Positions 58,288 to 64,000 of a stretch of DNA of 64,000 nt are shown one piece after another. The notes under the pieces are model-generated. The model was not told where the DNA came from, did not search any database, and saw nothing but the letters and a program-made list of their open reading frames with translations. The stretch lies in the NCBI RefSeq assembly GCF_009914755.1, contig NC_060943.1. One strand, written 5' to 3'. Source of the stretch: the human T2T-CHM13v2.0 reference genome, Homo sapiens. Made by a program: the position numbers and the translations under genes. The first letter of the stretch is position 1. The number at the start of each line of letters is the position of its first letter.

Positions 58288-58594
58288 GGCTGGGAGTGGT
58301 GGCTCACACCTGTAACTTCAACACTTTGCGGGGAGGCTGAGGCGGGTAGATCACCTGAGGTCAGGAGTTTGAAACCAGCCTGGCCAACATGGCGAAAACC
58401 CAACTCTACTAAAATTATAAAAATTAGCCAGGTGTGATGGGGGATGCCTGTAATCCCAGCTAATCAGGAGGCTGAGGCAGGAGAATTGCTTGAATCCGGG
58501 AGGCAGAGGTTGCAATGAACCAAGATCTCCCCATTGCACTCCAGCCTGGGTGACACAGCAAAACTCTGCCTAAAAAATAAAATAAAATAAAAAA
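58288..58594 (+). mobile_element. AluSx/Sq-like
   Basis: Full Alu; TSD aaaagtt(g/t)gcttctg. Confidence 0.92.
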
Positions 58595-59602
58595 GTTTGC
58601 TTCTGAAATTATTATACAAACTTTAAGAGAAACTTATGAAAGCAAAGTAAATACACACATTCGAGTTGTATCATCATTACAGCTTAAAATGTTGCCATTG
58701 CGTTTTTCATAATAGAACCATTGCTATTAAAAGCAGCGGGAGAGATTTCTGATTTCCCCCCCACACATCAGTGCATATGAAGTGTACACACATGCAAGGC
58801 AGGCGGAGGTGTTGGGATGGGGAGCAGTAAGGAGACGGATTCCAGTGGAGCTCTGAGCTGAGTCCCAGGCTGCATTCCTCAGGCAGTTCTCATGCAGGCT
58901 GTGATTGACAGCTGCTGCCGTGTCGTCTTTGTTCCTTGGGCCATGAGTCTTAATCTACCCCTACTGATCACTTGTGCCTGCTTATGAAATTGCCCAGGAA
59001 TGTGGTTCCAGTAGGCCTGGGACACAAGCTTTGCTCGTTAGTCTTCCAAGCCATAGCTGTTTCCTTACATTTACATCATCCCTACAGAATTCCTATTGTA
59101 AAAATGTTAATAATAAATTCTATTCAAATTGTTGAAATTGTTTTACCCCTCTTCACAGCCAACCTATAGAGGAAAGTCAACTGCATGGCTGGGAAGGAAA
59201 GAATACTTAGGTCAATACTTACTTATTTACCATTCAATTAGAGTTTAGGAGAGAAGGCTTCTGATGTGCACTTGAGTCAAAGCCCTCAATGGGTGCTGGA
59301 CCAGACACAGGCCTTTTCGAGGAGCTGCAAGTCATTTGGAACTCTCAGCACATGCTGGAGGGAAGCAGGAGTGGTGCTTCCAGATTTAGACAGATAGATG
59401 ATGCTGGGGGGAAAGCTGGATTGGAAAAGGGAGAGTTTTGTACTCAGGCTAAACTAGATGTGCCTTTTAGATAGCAGAGTAGCAGTGTCTAGTCATCATT
59501 TGGATATATGGGACTAGAGCATGAATTTGTGGTAGAGATGCAGAGTGAAGAGTAATAGCAGCTGTTCAAATGCAGAGTAAGTGTGTAGAATAAAATTGGA
59601 CA

Positions 59603-60026
59603 AGCCAGGCATGGTGGGTTCATACTTTTAGTCCCAGCTACTTGGGAGGCTGAGCTGGGGGGGATTACTTGAGCCCAGTAGTTTGAGTCCAGCCTAGGCC
59701 ACATGGTGAGAACCCATATCTTGAGAAAAGAAAACAAAGCCAGGTGTGGTGGTTCGCCCTTATAATCCCAGCACTGTGGGAGGCCACGACAAGAGGATTG
59801 CTTGAGCTTAGGAGTTCTAGAATAGACTTGGCAATAAGGTGAGGCCCCATCTCTACAAAAAAAGAAAGAAATTAGCCAGCCATTATGGCACATGCCTGTG
59901 GCCCCAGGTACATGGTAGACTGAGGCAGGGAGATTACTTGAGCCAGGAGGTGGAGACTGCAGTGAATCATGATCATGCCACTGCACTGCAGCTCGGGCAA
60001 CAAAGTTAGACCCTGTCTTAAAAAAG
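59603..60026 (+). mobile_element. Free Alu monomer (59603-59735) followed by AluJ (59738-60026)
   Basis: Diverged Alu consensus matches. Confidence 0.85.
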
Positions 60027-60189
60027 GTAAAGAAAATTGAGAGACGATAGGTCTGTAAGGACTTATAGTGAGTAAAGGACAGGCCCCCAGAGGAGTAGCT
60101 GCTAGAATGGGAGGAGGAAAAGCAGGAAAGGATAATAAAAGAGTTAAAAGATGCTGTGGTCACAGTGCTGAATGCTGCCGAGAAGTGAC

Positions 60190-60830
60190 TCATTCCATAA
60201 ACACTCACTGGATACTGACTCTGTGTCACTCTTCTAAGTGCTGGGGTAGAAGGGAGGACAGGTTGAATACAGTTCTTGCCTTTATGAGCTTATGTTCTAG
60301 TGAGACACAAGTAGTTTTTCAGGTAGTGTCAAATAGCAGGAAGAGGAAGCTGGATAAAGGGATTCAGAGTGTCGGGGTGCTCAGTACTTTAGATAGAATG
60401 ATAAGGAAGAGTCTCTCTAGAGAGCCAACATTTGAACAGTGACCTGCCCAAAGCAACGAAGGGAAGGAGTGCTGGCATTACAGGCAGCAGAGACAGGAAT
60501 GTGTTTCACATGTGTTCACAGAACAAACAGCAAGGTGACCAGTGTGGTCAGAGTGAGGAATAAGGGAAGCAGTGGAGATAAGGCCACACAGGCAGGGCCA
60601 CAGCTCACAGGGCCTTTTGGCTTCAGGCCATAGGAAGATGTTAAGGTTTTATTCCAGTTTGATAGGGGACTCATGTAGATCTTGAGCAGGGAAGTGAGTG
60701 CTGTTAATAAAGAGGTTATGGTGACTGCTTTGGGGAAAGTAGGCCATGGTTGGGAGGCAGATTGGAGGCAGAGAAGAGGGCTAAAAAGCAATTAGAGTGA
60801 TACAGGTGAGCAATGAGAGATTGTGGCTCA
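60190..60830. mobile_element. L2 fragment
   Basis: tcttgcctttatgagcttatgttctagtgaga..acatttgaacagtgacctg..gatcttgagcagggaagtga. Confidence 0.65.
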
Positions 60831-62368
60831 TAATCAACCCAGGCAGACTACCAGTGAAGGCAGACATAACAGGCATTGGAGACATTGCAGAAGGGTAACT
60901 CAAATGCAGGTATTTGGCCCCAGCAGCTAGGCAGATGGCAATGTCCTGTACAAGATTAGAAAAGGCTTGGGGGGTTGACTGTTGGGCTGGAGACTTCCAG
61001 TTTGTAAGTGTGAAGGCACCAGAAACCTAGGCAAGAGAAGTGTTGGAAGAGTAATGTCAGTGGGGCAGGCAGTGTACATTAAGGAGAGATGGAAGATGAG
61101 GAGCTGGCATGAGGGCATGGTGCTGTGAGCACCAATGAGATGACACAGCTGGAGGAGTAGTGGGGAGTGAGATGGGAACAAAGGAAACACAGTTAGATTG
61201 GGGAAAATCGCTAGTAGAGAGGCACAAAATCTTCAAAAAGAGGTGATTGTAGGAACAGTGTTCTGCAAAAGTGGAATGGGATCAACTGCACTGAGAAAAG
61301 TTGGCATCAGTGGGGAAAACATTTCTACATCTGAGCTGATGATCATAACCTTCAGACAAGAAATAAACTCGTATAAAATAAACTTTTTCCCTTTGTTTTG
61401 ACATAAAGAGTTCAGGTAGCTCGCAGACATACTCTTCTGCAGAGCACCCTCTGAGGTAACACCTCCTCACAGCTCACCTTTAATCTTTACTCAGCTGTTC
61501 ACTTTGCCCAATTCTTTGTAAAGCAGATGTTTGATAAATGTAAACTATCAAACATGTGCTAATTCATGAGATTGTCTCACAAACTACTCGGCAGGCTTAG
61601 AGGAATCCCAGGGATGCAGAAACTGGCAGCTGTTTCCACCTTTAAACCAACAGAATTGACTAAGTTGCAGGATGTAAGAGAGAATAAATTTTCATGAAGT
61701 GATCATGAAGATGGGAAAATAGGGGCTGAGAGGAGGGCCATTCTTTTATACACATGTGTTTTTTATCAAGCAACTGAATACTGAGAATGTTTTACAACCC
61801 CTGAGACCTGCACCTGCCATGCTGCTCTGCACAGCGGCCACTGGGAGGCTCTCTTGACCAGCAGTTTTTTAAGCTAGCACCACAAAAGGGTTAGTGTTTG
61901 TGAAAAGGAGATTAACATTTGCTCACTATCACATGGGTTTTATATATTCAAGCTTGACATGCCTGTAGAATTTCTATCTACCTCCCAGCTAAGTATGAGA
62001 CATTACATTTGGTAGGCACTTGAGTATTTCCTGAACAACTTCAATCCACACTGGTCCTTAGTGTGTGCTGCCTTTTATGAGTGTGAAGATGATGACACTG
62101 CCTCTCTTCATGGTGGCCTTGGCTGACATATGCAGGCATTCTTGTCACCGAAATTGGGCTGGAAATTCCCATAGGCAGAGTAGGCAGCAGAAGTATCTGA
62201 CCTATGATTGTAATGTGGTCTCTTGCTTTGCCTGACCAAGCAAAGTATGTAGAGCATAAGAATAAAAGACACTTTCTGGTCAAAACCAGAAGAAATCTGT
62301 CATTCAAAAGAGTTCTTATCAGAGCACTTAAAGTGAACTAAATCAAAGGCCAGTGCTCTATTTTGCAT

Positions 62369-62534
62369 ATTTACATAGAAAGACTCTTAAGTTATGTGGA
62401 GATAGACCTTTGCCCGACCAACTGGAAGAGATTGTCATGGGAGCCATTCTTCTCACCTCCAAAGTTTGGAAAGATGTGACTATATGGAATAGGGAATACT
62501 GCAGGCTCTTTGTGAACACTAGCATTAAAGACAT
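62369..62534 (+). pseudogene. CCNYL-like exon 8, disabled
   Basis: IYIERLLSYVEIDLCPTNWK, then a 1-nt deletion at ~62430, then IVMGAILLTSKVWKDVTIWNREYCRLFVNTSIKD; acceptor is ttgcat (AG>AT); donor gtgagt. Confidence 0.93.
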
Positions 62535-63629
62535 GTGAGTTTCTAAGGTTTTTGTGAACTTTCTAACCATTTTCATTACCTTATTTGCTCCCATAAATGT
62601 AACACTTTAAGACATATTTTTAAAGGCTACAGTGTGCAGATAAGGAAAACACATAAAACCACATACTTCTTTATATCCAGCTTTAGTATAAAAGTTCATA
62701 TCTTTTCACTGTTAATGGGTAGGTCTTGGTGAGTTACTGTTGTAATAATCTGCTCTGCTCATACATGGAAAAGTATTTTTCTGGTGGTTTTTGGCAAATA
62801 CTTCACAAGTGCACTACCAGAACACCATAGCACAGTAAATATCTTTATGGCTTTTTAGAAGCTGTCTGTAAGTTCCAGTCTCTTTTTAAGGGACACATGT
62901 CTGGCTGTTGAAATAATTGGCCACTCTTAAGGTCTAGGGCCTCTGGACTATGGAGAAGTTATAGCCTCAGCCTCAGTCACACATTGTGTATTTGCTTTTG
63001 CTGATGTTTTCTCCCTTATATTTAAATGTCTGTTTTTTTATAGAAAACTTGAGATGCAGAATAGCCACAGATCCCTGTGCCCTCCCCATTAGGAGTGTTG
63101 CATGTGTTTAGAAATTGGGTTGATGAGTTTGCTGCTCCAGTGTTTCCTTGAGGCAGTATGCAAAAAATTGCCCAGGCATCACACAATGCCCACCACACTC
63201 AAGAGGCTCCTGGGGCACTCATACAACCACAGCAGCAATCTGTGGGACTTGAGTTACCAAGGAGAGTGCGAGAAATCTTGCTGAGTCATGGGGTTGCTCA
63301 TAGACGGTGCCAACATGATACTGAAACATGGGCTTCATGGGGGCTTTCTTCCAGTCTGGCCTTACGACTGTTGTAAAGGGAAGAGCCTTGGAGCTTGTAA
63401 GCAGGGTGAGCTAGGGAAGCATTTCCACCAAACACTCTAGTAATGTCCACAGGACAGTGAGAATAGCTATATGGGTGACACTTAAGAAAATATAAAGGGA
63501 CACCTGTTGCTGTCGTTGAGCAGCATATGAAGAACAATATCATGACAGGCAGTGGCAAGAGTTTGTTTTTTTACATTTGCCCGTTACTCCAGATAAGACT
63601 GCCATCCAGAATGTATGTGATCACAAAAG

Positions 63630-64000
63630 TAGAGCTTGATGGCTGATTAGAAGTCTCTGCCAATTGTTCTCCTCATAAGAATAACAAATTGAGTAACTAT
63701 CTAAATAAAAAACACCTTTATTAGAACTAAAAATAGCTAAATAATTATAGTACCTGGTTTAAACTTTGTATCACTGAAAAAGGCAGTGAACACGGTAGGA
63801 AAGACAGTCTTGAGTTGCTGATGCCAGCCCTCCCTTATGTCCTAGCATTGGCCATGTGACAAGAAGAGAATCTGCATGCTTGGGGAAGGGAGAGCACAGC
63901 AGTGTGAGACTTTGCATTGAACTCAGTGCTGCGTTGTCATAGCAGAAAGCAAAACTGGGCTGAACTCAGCCAGTGCCCACCCACGGATGGAACATTTCTA
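63630..64000 (+). mobile_element. Old L1M 5' end (runs off the window)
   Basis: acctggtttaaactt.gtatcactgaaa..gtaggaaagacagtcttga..ttggggaagggagagcacagc..gactttgcattgaactcagtgctgc. Confidence 0.7.

Noticed and set aside
59489-60229. 246-aa ORF on the - strand
   Set aside because: Runs antisense through two Alu elements and L2 sequence; typical Alu-derived translation with no protein-family signal.
63102-63376. Coding-looking stretch after exon 8 (candidate exon 9 or retrocopy)
   Set aside because: No frame resembles cyclin Y exon 9 (NEMERxFL..) or any protein I recognise.

Overview
Primate (human-like) genomic DNA with no intact protein-coding gene. Two unprocessed (intron-retaining) pseudogenes lie head-to-tail on the + strand. 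The first is a six-exon internal fragment of the P4-ATPase flippase ATP8A2 (6616-16953), heavily disabled. The second is exons 1-8 of a cyclin Y-like gene of the CCNYL1/CCNYL2 type (ATG 24438 to 62534, running off the window). It has a nonsense codon in exon 1 and a dead acceptor plus frameshift in exon 8, but exons 2-7 are open and spliceable. This mosaic of unrelated gene pieces is typical of pericentromeric segmental duplications; I cannot fix the exact locus or paralog. The rest is Alus, L1s, LTRs and DNA transposon fossils. The most notable structures are: a ~270-bp inverted repeat bracketing the cyclin promoter and exon 1; a full-length antisense L1PA whose ORF0 and antisense promoter point at the intact cyclin exons; a sense LTR with an in-frame ATG just before exon 2; a clean templated-insertion scar (63-bp duplication around a copy of nearby L1 sequence); and a four-level nested transposon stack. 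Family assignments come from recalled protein and repeat consensus sequences, not from database searches.
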